Below are positions 24,494 to 36,130 of a stretch of DNA of 64,000 bases, in pieces; the stretch's first letter is position 1; each line of letters starts with the position of its first letter. Source of the DNA: Veleropilina oligotropha. Its lineage: Eukaryota. The notes under the pieces were generated by a model. The model saw only the letters and a program-made list of their open reading frames with translations. It ran no database searches and had not been told where the DNA came from. The position numbers and the translations under genes were made by a program. The stretch is from NCBI GenBank assembly GCA_048128005.1, contig JBEUKZ010000117.1, positions 248,001 to 312,000 of the forward strand, read 5' to 3'.

Positions 24494-25044
24494 CATGTTG
24501 ATTTGATGTTCAAGAATCATTGGCCCTGTTCGTATAACTCAGAAGGTGCGATGAATGATTGGAATCATAGCTTTGTATGTTTTGCGACCACTTTATTATT
24601 GATTCCATCGTACGCTAATAGGACACCAATTGGACCCCGCGTCAAGTCAGTTTATAAAACCATATCATTCAGATGAGCATAGTCGCCTTTATCGTTTTGA
24701 ATGATAGTTCTCTTTGCTCATCGTAATATAATATTATCCTATACGTCAGTACTGAGCGATGACTGTTACCGAACAAGTGCAATAGGTGTGCCGTAACTTA
24801 AGTCCTTCACCATGTTGTGTTCATTCGATAGGATAGGGTCCAGTATATTAGTCTGCTGTTGCGTCGGTGGTGAGTGGGTACAATTGCGTATATCCGATCA
24901 AGTCTAAGAACTGTGTACCCGGGCGGCTTCCCCTTGTTGATGATAGCTTTTCCCAGTTTATTTGCAGGTGATTAATATCGCCCATCATTACGACGTGTGA
25001 GTAGCTAGCAATTAGACATTTGATGAGTAAGTATGCTTAGTACT

Positions 25045-25390
25045 AGATAATACACTGTCAGTCGGAGCGTTATATACACTTGTGCAACACGCTGAGTGGA
25101 ATCGAGACTGTTATGTTTATAACGCCGATGGGTGGCAGGTGTAGTATACGTTATACACACCGTGGAAATATATTGTAAATTGCAAGCTGTAACCCCTTAA
25201 AATATTCAATTGCCCACCATATGTCATTCTAGAGCTTGATCATAGATTTCACTATTCCATTGGCACCTGGTCAAATATATTGGCACTCAATTTAGTCTGG
25301 CCAGCTAGCCGAGTTAACCATTTTCTGGAAACAATGGGTCAATTAACACTATGAGATATATTGTTCACATAACCCCATGGTGTATATAAG
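25045..25390. mobile_element. Same architecture, fourth family
   Basis: Imperfect hairpin at 25050-25148, then ttatacacaccgtgg...ccatggtgtatataa. Absent from the paralogous site near 5775. Confidence 0.5.
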
Positions 25391-25821
25391 GATATTGTTA
25401 TATTGTACACTGTTAGGACATTGGAAGACACATCCAAGCGTCACCTTGTCCTTACCATGGAGTCCATTCTGGAACTGTTGTAATATATTTAGCTCTACTG
25501 CTTTCAAATTGGATTGTATGTCCATAACAACATTTGTGCGTGTGTTGCTTAGGTCACAGAAGCAGACTTAGGCGCATACTTTCAATTCCTGTTTTGTTGG
25601 TATGTTGTATTTTTAAGCGAGATTTATGTTAGGCTCATTATGTATGTTGCTTCTTGTTTTAACGCCTTTACAATTCTTCGCGTTTATTTACAAACGAGTC
25701 AAGATTTGAATAAATAAATTTTAGACCAAAAACAAATGCGGTTACTAACAGTGTTGTTATATTTGCGGTTACTAACAGTGTTGTTATATTTGGCTTACTG
25801 TTGCTCTACTCCCGTTTTTCG

Positions 25822-26645
25822 ACAGCCGTGTGACATCGGTTGTGGACTCCGAAAGGTACTGGCTTGATTCCGCTGACGCGAACAGTAGTGGGTTCAAACC
25901 TCGGCAGGGACATCACACATTTGTTCAAGTTGTCCGTAACTGGTCGGAGAGGGTGGGTACGTGTGGGCGACCGGGCTTTCCTCCCGCGATAATATTGACA
26001 TATCCTCCGTTGAACCAAATGATGGTTGGAAACAATTTCTAAAGCAGAGACGAGTTATTGCCCCTTTCGGGTCCATATACAATATATGTGGCTGCTGCCC
26101 ACGCCATGAGGTGAATCGCGTCATCCCGTTCGTGAAGACATGTTTTTATTATTTTATTATTGGCACCCACATGTTAACACAAACACTCAGTTTATTTGAA
26201 AATGAAGCGATGTCCCATGGCAAATAGATGGATGCGATCACGCGTGAATTAAGATCGTTTTAATTGTTTGTGGTGATCCACCGCTTATTAAAATGTAACA
26301 TTTAATTCAGCCGTAAATACATATTAAATATATACTGAATAAATACGTTTGTAAGAGGGAGTCACTTGTTGGAAAGGCCAGTAGTTGGAATATAATGCAT
26401 TTTATTTATGCCAAACGCCACCAATGGTGACATAAACAATAGCACGTGTCGGCGTATGAATACATATACAGAACCACAACTTGGTCAATTCATTATTGTC
26501 GTCATACAAATCACTCGGATAAACAGATTTTCGTTTGAAATTAAAGTATTGCCACCCGCAGTTGCAGATTCAATGTAGTATAACACAGTCGACGCATGCG
26601 CAGGATATTGGGTTTGGTAATATACAGGATATTAAGCATCGACCC
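25822..26645 (+). mobile_element. Diverged SINE family 1 relative, with head/body (to about 26015) and tail (about 26615-26645) separated by an insert
   Basis: ctggcttgattccgctgacgcgaacagtagtgggttcaaacc and ggctttcctcccgcgataa, with tail aatatacaggatattaagcatc. Another diverged head lies at about 27335-27475 (-). Confidence 0.7.
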
Positions 26646-27914
26646 TTCCCTTTTGTTTCCATGGATATTTACTTTTATAAACTGTCACGTCCGTATGTCC
26701 ATTTGCATATATGGTCCTCTTCCGCGATCAATTCATCCTGTTTAGCCGTTGTCAGTTTTGTCATTTTTTTCATTTCTTCCCTTTGTGATTTGGTAAGGTC
26801 TGGTGCTTTGAACATCTTTTTTTAGAATGTGGTCTTCTTTGTCAGTCATGTTTACTGCTCGTTTCAGCATTTCTTATTTGAAGAAGATCCTGATTTTAGC
26901 GTTTCATTGATTGGTCGATGTCGCTTGGTTGGGTCAGTTGATATTAGACCCAGACACACCACATTGCTAATTTCCACTCCCTCCACATCTAGATGTTGTA
27001 AAAAAGTCAGACGCGATCTCAACCCGTCTTCAACATATTGTACAGTTTTCGGCTTATCTCCATAACATATTAATTTATTTTGGTCGAATATTTGTTCACC
27101 GTTTTGATTTGATGTTACATGAGTCATTGACCTTGATCATATAACTCAACTAATGCGATGAATTATTGGATAGCTTTGTATGTTTTTAGTTCACAATGAT
27201 TCCACGGCCTCAAATTGTATTTATTTAGCAGTTGTACAACATCATATATTATTTCATTCATATGTTGTGTCATATTGCAGTGTTATGGTGCAGTGTTGTA
27301 CTTCTATAATACAAGTTTAATGTGTAACCTGTAACGGACAACTGTGATTCATAATTATTGAACAAATAATGTCATGTCCCAACCGAGATTCGAACCCACT
27401 ACTGTTCATCGGTGTCAAGCCAGTGATTTTGGGAGTCTGAAATCAAAACCACACCACTGTCGGAGCGGCGGCCCTTCAGCAGCATAAACGTAATCGCGTA
27501 TTGCACATGTCTAGCCAATAACTATATATCAACCCACTGTTGCAAGTCTGGGGCATACTAGGCATCCATATACAGAAGACCTACCAGAACCAACAAATGA
27601 ATGGGCGTGCACACATTGGAAATGGGAAAAAACGTCAATAAGTGGCCGGTCGGGGAGTTTCCTCAGACGACCTGGATTAACATCCGGGTATGATCCTGGA
27701 TGTTAAATCGGGACATGGACCATTGGCTCAGTCCACACCAAATCATCGCCCTCGTGTAGTTCTAGCCGATTTAAGTTCCCTGTGTGGACCTTCAGCGGCT
27801 ATAGTTACTTACTTATTTCCAAAGCAGACGTCACCAAATATTTCCCACCCTATGACATATTTATGAGCTAATGTAGGATTAATTGTCATGTTATTTGTTT
27901 CACAACACGATAAC

Positions 27915-28640
27915 TTCTTCTAAGGTACGATTGCAGACAGCACACTGATACGGTTTCTCCTTTGTGTAGATTCGCATATGACCCTTAAGATCGCGCATTA
28001 TAGAAAATGCCTTGTTGCATACGCCATACTGGTTCGGTTGATCTCGGTTTCTCTCCAGTATGGATTCGCATGTGGGTTCTAAGAGTGCTGGATTGTGAAA
28101 ATTCCCCGTTGCACACCAAGCACTGGTGAGATTTCTCCAGTATGGATGTTCATGTGATTCTTGAGGTCACCCGACTGTGCAAACCCTCTACTGCAGACAG
28201 CGCATTGATGCAGCTTCTCATTCGTATGAGTGCGCATGTGCGTCGTTAGGGTGCCTTGATTCGAAAATGCCTGATCACACACTGCGCATCGATACGGTTT
28301 CTCCCCTGCGTGAGTTCGCAAATGAATATTCATGTAACCGGATTGTGAAAATGCCTTGCCGCAAATACAACACCTGTGTGGCTTTTCTCCTGTATGAGAA
28401 CGCATGTTCGCTTTAAGATTACTAGGTGCTGATAAGACTTTTGAACATACGCCGCATTGGTGCTGCTGAATCGTCTCGTGAGTTTGCATGTGTCGTTCAA
28501 ACCGCTTTCCAGAATGAAGGTTTTTCCGCATACAGTGCATACATGTGGATTATTTGCGATTTGGTTCCGTTCGTCCGACACGATATTAGGTTCCATGATA
28601 AATCCCTGTTGCGTCACCATACCCTGGTTGTTGACCAATC
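27915..28640 (-). pseudogene. C2H2 zinc-finger pseudogene, paralog type 2
   Basis: Fingers split over two frames (PHVCTVCGKTF...; HQCGVCSK...HTGEKPHRCCICGK...) with frameshifts near 28500 and 28130. Candidate acceptor ttatttacag at about 28641 on the minus strand. Confidence 0.85.
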
Positions 28641-28767
28641 TGTAAATAATACAAATATCTTCTAAGAAATTAGTTCTAATATTAATCAAATTTGCTGCAT
28701 CAGCAATAAACTACGCCATAATCTAAATGACAGCGAGATGAAAGAAACAAATACCTGTATATAATTT

Positions 28768-29280
28768 GTTTTATTATATGCCAGTCGTTTTCTGACGCCT
28801 ATTCTCGAGCAGTTTTCCGAGACCCTGTAAAAACCGACACCGCTGATATCAATTCAGAAAACGTCTCCTGCTTATATTCACAAGAAAACGTCTCCTGCTT
28901 ATATATTCACAGGAAAACGTCTCCTGCTTATATATTCACAGGAAAACGTCTCCTGCTTATATATTCGAAATGGCTGACAAATCGTAGGAAATACTTCCAA
29001 TATAGTCCTATACTATTGCAACCTCCCTTACAGATTCGTGACTAAAATTACCTTAATCTTTCGATTCAATTTAATAAAAAACTTGTTGTGGCATATAATA
29101 AAAATGTTATCAGTTATTGTGTGGATTCTGGCACATCGGAAACCTCTCGTGACGTCGTAGTTTTTGCGACGGATAAATCGCTCGAACTTTGTTCTCGCGA
29201 TTAAACCGCCGCAAAAACTACGACGTCACTCGAGGTTTCCGATGTGCCAGAGTCCACACAATACTGATAACATCATTATA
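28768..29280. mobile_element. Inverted-motif plus long-hairpin element (Crypton-like, non-autonomous)
   Basis: ttttattatatgcca...tggcatataataaaa, then an approximately 170-bp palindrome (29105-29272). Contains about four 28-bp tandem units at 28856-28967. Confidence 0.55.
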
Positions 29281-29391
29281 TCATTTTTGCCATTGCCTTC
29301 CTGTTATTCGTTTAAGTGCTTGGAAGTAGCTTATTAGGCTATACGGCGATCACAATGCACCAAATATTGTAAGCATAATTTTATTCGACAC

Positions 29392-29736
29392 CTCCCCCGA
29401 TTATGTACGGAAACATTCGCCACCTCACCAGGCTATGTGCCTAAGCATTCGCCACCACTCGACTATGGGCTGAAACATTCGCCTCCTCCCTCGTCTATGT
29501 GCGGAAACATTCGTCACACCCTCGACTATGTTTGTAAACATTCGCCACCTCGCTCGGCTATCGGCGGAAACATTCGCCACTCCCCTTGGCTTTGTTCGGA
29601 AACATTCGCCACCCCCCTCGGGTATGTGCGGAAACATTCGTCACCCCCTATACCAAGTTTGAAGACATTCGCCATCTTCCTCGGGTATGTGCGGAAATAA
29701 TCACCACCTTGCTCTGTTGCTAATGTGTGCGGAAAA
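29392..29736. repeat. Minisatellite, about 33-bp unit, about 10 copies
   Basis: Repeated cctcg.ctatgtgcggaaacattcgccacc. Confidence 0.9.
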
Positions 29737-30071
29737 CGTATATATTGTGAGATGGTTTAATAAGGAGCCGCATGGTAGCATTTTTTTTCTTTCATATTAT
29801 TTTTAAAAATATCTTACTTTACGTGCCTGTCAATGCTGAACAATGACTAAGCAATGAATAACGTCATGTTAAATTGCACCTTACGGGTTATTATAAGCGC
29901 AAAATAACCTGGTATATTTAAAAGCTGAGGAATAGTTTAGTCATATACATTTATTGTATATGATTGAATCTCAAAGTAATATTTGAAATTGCACGATTAT
30001 CGTCGGCAGAAACGAAATGACGTCTGGCAGACAAGTCGCAGTTGGATACTAAAACGTCGAGTTTGACATGA

Positions 30072-30975
30072 GTATTTATCTTACTTTAGCTCTTAATACT
30101 GCAATCTGATTGGTTAACGTTCATTCGACAATTACCGTATTCCCCACCCAGGCGGGGTATATGAATTATTTATACCTTACATAGTTGTGTGTACTGTGAT
30201 TTGGAGCGCCTCGAAGACAAGGGAGATAATTGTGAAAACATCAATGCAAATGTTAAGTCTTGGAATCGTCCATCGTTTCGAAAATTTTGCATCAATTTCA
30301 TTTTATAGTCGTAACGGTTTACACTTTTGACATTTTCATGTAAAATGAGTATCCAATTATCCTTATTTAGCTAATTTTGGTGTTTACTTCGACTTCCTAT
30401 TATTCTCCTGCGCAGAGATGTCATTTCTTTATCGTACTGTACGGAGTATTCTTAATTTATCTGCCTGGAGAGTGACGGTTGCTAGACATTATTATTTCAT
30501 TCTAATGGGCGCGTCAGAATATCTTCAATATTTCATATAATGTATATTGGTATGCCTATGGATGTATTTACCACAAACATACTTTGTGTATTTTTCAATA
30601 ATCATGCCAATTATGCTAAATTATCACAGTTATAACGGAAGGAATATTTTGTTATATTGAACACGAGTTTTACATATGATCTTCGGCAGAGCTGAAAACA
30701 TTATTTTAGGAACGCGTTTTTTTTCGTAACAACAATAGCATATATCAAATGGATTATTTCACGGAGTTACGAAGTTGGAAAAGAAACTTGTTCAAAAGGC
30801 TTGATTTTATTATATTGAAGTAAGATAAATACGTTGTCGGCATAGCCCTCGTGAAATATGGGTCTATGTACCGTTTGTGAGAATTTATTAACCTCGACTT
30901 CGTCTCGGTTAATAAATTATCACAAACAGGTACATAGACCCATATTCTTCTCGGGCAATGCCGACAACTTATATT
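30072..30975. mobile_element. Same architecture, different family
   Basis: tatttatcttactt...aagtaagataaata, then a palindrome at 30834-30970. Partial copy at 46862-47010. Confidence 0.55.
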
Positions 30976-31069
30976 GTCACACTCCACGTGACGTCATTTT
31001 GACCAATCAGATGTCGCGGATTTCGCGAAATGAAAATAAGGCTTTCTCTCAGCTATATAGTCTTGGATA

Positions 31070-32100
31070 TGCCTTGGCAATGCATACAGGGGAGAAAGCT
31101 GCAGTAAAACATTTTCAGTAGCATGAAGTCTTAAGATGGACATGCTCTATCAAACTGGATAGAAACCACATCAGTGTGGCGCTTGCGATACGAAATTTTC
31201 ACTTTCAATTCATCTTAATTAAGAAGCACTACCTGAATCATATTAGGGATAAATCACAAATGCGTTGTTTATAATCTTGAATTTTTTAGACACAGCGCCC
31301 TTGACAGGCACATTCAGCGCCCTTGGCAGGCACATACTATCCCACACTGGAGGAAAACCACGTGTGCGCCGCATCTAACAGGTGTTATTCTCGACGATAT
31401 CATATGAAGAAGCTCATGGAAATCCATGACCATTCAAATGAAGCGAAAGCGAACAAAATGTGATTGGTCATTGACAGGATAGAGAAATAAATGCAAGTTT
31501 TAGTACAACCTTCACCTATTGGAAGAATGTAAACACATACATTTAATTAACGTATGTGATGCCTAAACGACCACATTCATCCGATATGTCTAACAGTGCG
31601 AAAAAATGTTAAATATCCGCATCAGTGCACACGTACAGAATCATATCAAGATCCATGTTGTTACGTCACTGTGTCCCTGCGAAGATAAATGGCGCCGATG
31701 TGCTGTGTGTAGTCAGTGATTTTCACATTTTGTTTCTCTCAATCAATAGTTGCGACCCAAACAAGGAATGAACGATATGAATGTTGTGTGTGTTATACGT
31801 CAGTGTTGTGTGTGTTATACGTCAGTGTTGTGTGTGTTATACGTCAGTGTTGTGTGTGTTATACGTCAGTGTTGTGTGTGTTATATATCAATGTTGTGTG
31901 TGTTATACGTCAGTGTTGTGTGTGTTATACGTCAGTGTTGTGTGTGTTATACGTCAGTCTCGGATCCAGCAAGTCTTTGGGACGCAATTCGGTTCGCATA
32001 ATGGAGAGACCACATTGATGCACCCAGGAAGTCGTAGGGTACACGCTTGAATCCATAGTGGATTTAACCTTGTCAATGAGTTTTGCGTATACGGTCGCAT
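31070..32100 (+). pseudogene. Highly degenerate zinc-finger relic
   Basis: Scattered catacaggggagaaa, cacactggaggaaaacca, ccacatcagtgt, cgatgtgctgtgtgt and cataatggagagacca motifs with many stops and indels. Confidence 0.7.
31782..31957. repeat. Minisatellite, 22-bp unit, 8 copies
   Basis: tgttgtgtgtgttatacgtcag, near-perfect copies. Confidence 0.95.
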
Positions 32101-32621
32101 TGGCACAATAGGCTCACTGTTGTATTCAACACGAACGCTGGATGAACGTAATTGAAGATCGTGAAGGATCGATATTAAAAACTGTTACCTTTGTGAAAAT
32201 TATCAACTTTCTTCTCACAACAAGCAAACATGTTTCACATTTTGCCTCTGAATTGGACTCATGCAATGTAACGTTCTTCGAAAATAGCTATGATGAATTA
32301 TTAGACCGTGGGCCCACCATAGACCCCACCCCCTGGGGATATTTCAAGATGATTATTTGCATAATATTTGGACATTTCCCTATCATAATCCGGTTGTCTG
32401 CAAGCTGAGCATAGGTGGGTGCGGCTGTGGGGGGTCTTTGAAGTAGAGATCCCCAACTACTCAAAATGTGATCTATTTATCTTAGGTATTGCCAGAACAT
32501 ATACGACCAATCGAAAGATTGGTGATGTAACTGGTCACATTTTCAATGTTTCCCTTCAATATTGGTTGCTCGATGATCGGTATATAACAAAATGATTTAA
32601 TTAAGTTCATTGGTGGTATAC

Positions 32622-33302
32622 CACTAGCGGATCTAGGACCCCCCCCCCCCCTTTGACAATGCATGAATGAGGCATAAACTACTTTTCATTAAAAACGGTT
32701 CATAGATGCTGGTAAGAATATCGTGTTTGCACTGCCAAAATGCATGTGAGGGGGTTCACACCGTTAATTGTTAAAGTTTTCTGACAATCAGAGGGTCCGA
32801 CCCCAACTTTTGAAAATGAAAAATGCATGTGTTTCATTGCGAAAACCCCCGATATATTTACTCATACATTTTAATGAAAACGGTTCATAAATGTTTGTAA
32901 GAAATATCGCATTTGCACTGGCGGAATGCAGGAGAGGGGGTTTCACATGGTTAATTATTAACATTTTCTGGGGATCTAGACGGTCCGCCCCCCCCCCAGA
33001 AAATAAAATATGATTCTGAAAAACGAAAAATTTCTTGATACATTTTAGTGAAAAAATTAAGTGTCAAATGCAGGAGGGAATCTATTTTCACACCATTTCT
33101 TGACTTTTATGGGATTACACGTGGTCTGGACCCCACGTTTGAAAGCAGAAATGCATGTGTTAGATTGTGAATAAAAGGAACAAATTCAGACTGTTGATTG
33201 TCAAATTTTCTTTCACGTGGTGTCACGCCCCCGCGCCAACAGTTGATGGTATATTTGATAACAATTGACCCCCCCCCCTTAAAAATCCTGGATCCGCCCC
33301 TG
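32622..33302. mobile_element. MITE, same family, with internal tandem subunits
   Basis: cactagcggatctagg...cctggatccgcccctg, flanked by TATAC / TATAA. Confidence 0.8.
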
Positions 33303-33799
33303 TATAATTAAAAAAAGATACAATTCGGCGTCTAGTAGGGCCGAAATATCCCTTTGCTGTGACTGGCGATGCAATGTGAAAATTTATTTATTTACCGAAC
33401 ACATTGTGACCTCTTAAAAAGCAATTCACATAGCAGGCGGAAATTCGGTATAACGTCGCTATCCGAGCAGATGGTTTTATATATGGCATGATCCAGTTTT
33501 CGGCACATTATATTGTACAAGTGGATGTCAATGTTATGAGAACGCCACTTATAATTCACACTTGAAAATAGTCACCAAGCCTATTATGCACCTTGAAAAT
33601 CATGTATATTCATATGTAGTACCAACGGGTTAAGCAGTGAGTTACGCTTTTTAAATCCGGGTCTCCGAGTCAAATATGTTACAATAAGCATCTCAAGGTT
33701 GCCACGTGCCCACAATGAATTCCCCCAAATGTCATGGCGATCATATCTAAGGTGCTTACTGAGTGATATAATTTATCATTCGTCATTTCTTAATAGATT

Positions 33800-36130
33800 G
33801 TGCTAAGTGACAGAAAATGAGATATTTGTGTTGTCTTTGTCGCAAGACCTGTGCACAAATGTTACAAAGGGAAAAAGGGCAATGCCGAAGCATCTGGTAC
33901 TTGGGATAACATTGATGCAACTTATTGGCAATGTTGAAATTATCTCAATGATCAACCGCTCTCGTATTCGACTCTCCTTCAGGGGAAAATGCTAAGTACA
34001 AGAGAGTTGATAAGTGAATCACATTACTCCCATATGCAATTCAGCCATACCACATTGTCACATATGTTGGGGTGATTCAGACGTGATTGAAGAGATATCA
34101 TTTGCTGCTGGCGCAATACATACCATCCATTTGACCATCATTCGAATGTCTCCAGAAATAACAAAGGATCGTTCGGTCACATGCAAACTGCAGACCCACA
34201 CATGACAATATGCCAAGTCACCATTTCCTGGTCTAAATGTTATATATAAATTCGCAATATGGTCATCACCCGAAAGATGGAATGCCATTATTTTCATGGA
34301 TTAATAATGAATACCTCCATTTTAGGGTTTTCAAGGATGAGGAGGTCGATTATGAAATTGTTTTCGAGATTACAGTTAACGCGAAAAGCGTTTGTTAGAG
34401 GATTGAAGAAGATGGTGTTGTTTTTCCTACCAATATGCGATCAGGAGACTTCTGAACTGGGGATGTGGACAATTTAGAACTAAAGAAGACCAGAAATCTT
34501 TCAAATGACGACTTCCATGGCATTGTGTTTACCCAACCCAATAACTTTTGAAGTGATACAATGAAGGTTACTCATGGACCATTTAATATTGACACCGTTC
34601 TTACACCCGAACCCGGCCGCTTCGGCAGCGCAGTGGGTAGAGTGTCCACTCTAATTTCACTGGCTTGATTCCGCTAATGCGAAGAGTAGTGGGTTCAATA
34701 CCTGGCTGAGGCATCGACATTTGTTCAAGTTATGAATCACAGTTGTCCGTGACTGGCCGAAGAGGGCGGGTTTACCCGGGCGACCGGGGTTTCCTCCCGC
34801 GATAGCACGGGCATGTCCTGCCTTGAACCTCGATGTTGTAAATATACAGGACATTAAGCATCATTCCTCCTACACCCGAACCCTAACTGTTCTTGATAAC
34901 TCAACTGGTAGAGCATCGGAAAAAGCTAAATGGGACGAAGGGATGTGGCTTCGCCTCCCGTTCTGTCGTTAACAGTAATATAATGTATATATGCCCATAT
35001 ATGGCGGTCAGATCGGAGTGAAACCCTAAACCAGCTGTCCCGACTGCGATAAGGTTGAAAACAAATTGCCAAAACATGGAGTAGAAGACAGTTGCCCACC
35101 AACCAACTACATCAAAACCCCTTATAGATCTCCGACATGATGTCTATGGCTTAATGATGAGAGCGCATCGACTTCATGTCGATGACAAAGCACAACTTTT
35201 GCTTGGAAGTTCATCCAAGGATCAGGGAATGAAGTGGGTGATGACCATCACATCGAACGCAAACGCTATGCTCACCATGTTTCGCTTACAAGTATCTCTG
35301 TCACAATTCAAGCAAGAGGCATACATGTATCTACTGTGAAACGCGGTGATAATTATTAAGCTTGTTGGGGATGCGCACATGTTCAAAAACTAGTCTCGTA
35401 TCATCGAATTGAAGCCCATCATGTGCCGTTTTGTGCACTCCTTGTCGAAAGGGGAGTATGAAGTTCCCATCCCTGGTTCTTTGCAGCTGATCATACCATT
35501 GATGCAGGGTGGGTGCCAATCCCCGTAAATGATTTGGCTGATCTACCTGCCAAGCTCCCTAATGTGTACGTGGAGTTTAAGAAGGAAATTTCATCGATCA
35601 TGGCACAAGTTTTCGGTAATTTCCAAAACCAGTCCTACGAACAGGGCAATAAAATACTATATGCAGGTGGTGATGGCTTGTAAGACATTTATGATAGTGC
35701 AGACAGGACCTGACCTTGTAGGGTTATTGGTCAGCTTGAGAATATATTGATCATGAGCCACTCATTCGACGCTCATTACGCGGACTCGCCCGATCTTCAA
35801 ACTTGATTCATCACTGACGTTATGACATACCGGGATGTGCTTAGAGAGAGTGGCAACACATTTCTGAAAACTGATCATGAACTCAGCGCTGTGACTTACA
35901 TAACTGCCAAACCATATATCTATTTAGAACTGCTGGGTGGGTCGACGCAAATATGTTTATTTCCTTGCTCAAGTGACATCGCCGAGACCAGAAGGCAAAC
36001 GAGAGACTCTGCAACCAGAGTCCTGTGATCTACCCATTGATCAAAGACGGCTCATGTTATACACTAAATCAGCTTACATCGCGTTATTACACCATTGTTA
36101 ACCTTGAAATGATGATACGACAATCTGGTT
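33800..36130 (+). mobile_element. Academ-like DNA transposase relic interrupted by SINEs
   Basis: Degenerate motifs LSLSQDL..VTKGKRAMPKHLVLGITL, CWGDSDVIEE..AGAIH, HIERKRYAHHVS, PWFFAADHT..GWVP and RS.HKFS.I..QSYEQGNK...GG, which I recall as Academ transposase blocks. Not confirmed by search. Confidence 0.7.
34615..34870 (+). mobile_element. SINE family 1
   Basis: Full length; TSD tacacccgaaccc. Confidence 0.92.

Larger units (their letters stand above)
24660..27330 (+). repeat. Cassette copy C (3' region and LINE relic only)
   Basis: Colinear with 4935-5190 and 5730-6850, e.g. the atagtcgcctttatc and gatcaagtctaagaactgtg blocks and the ORF1 relic. Confidence 0.75.

Noticed and set aside
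29392..29736. CRISPR-like appearance of the short repeats here and at 28856, 31782, 47515 and 51488
   Set aside because: Units are head-to-tail with no unique spacers, there are no cas genes, and the context is eukaryotic.
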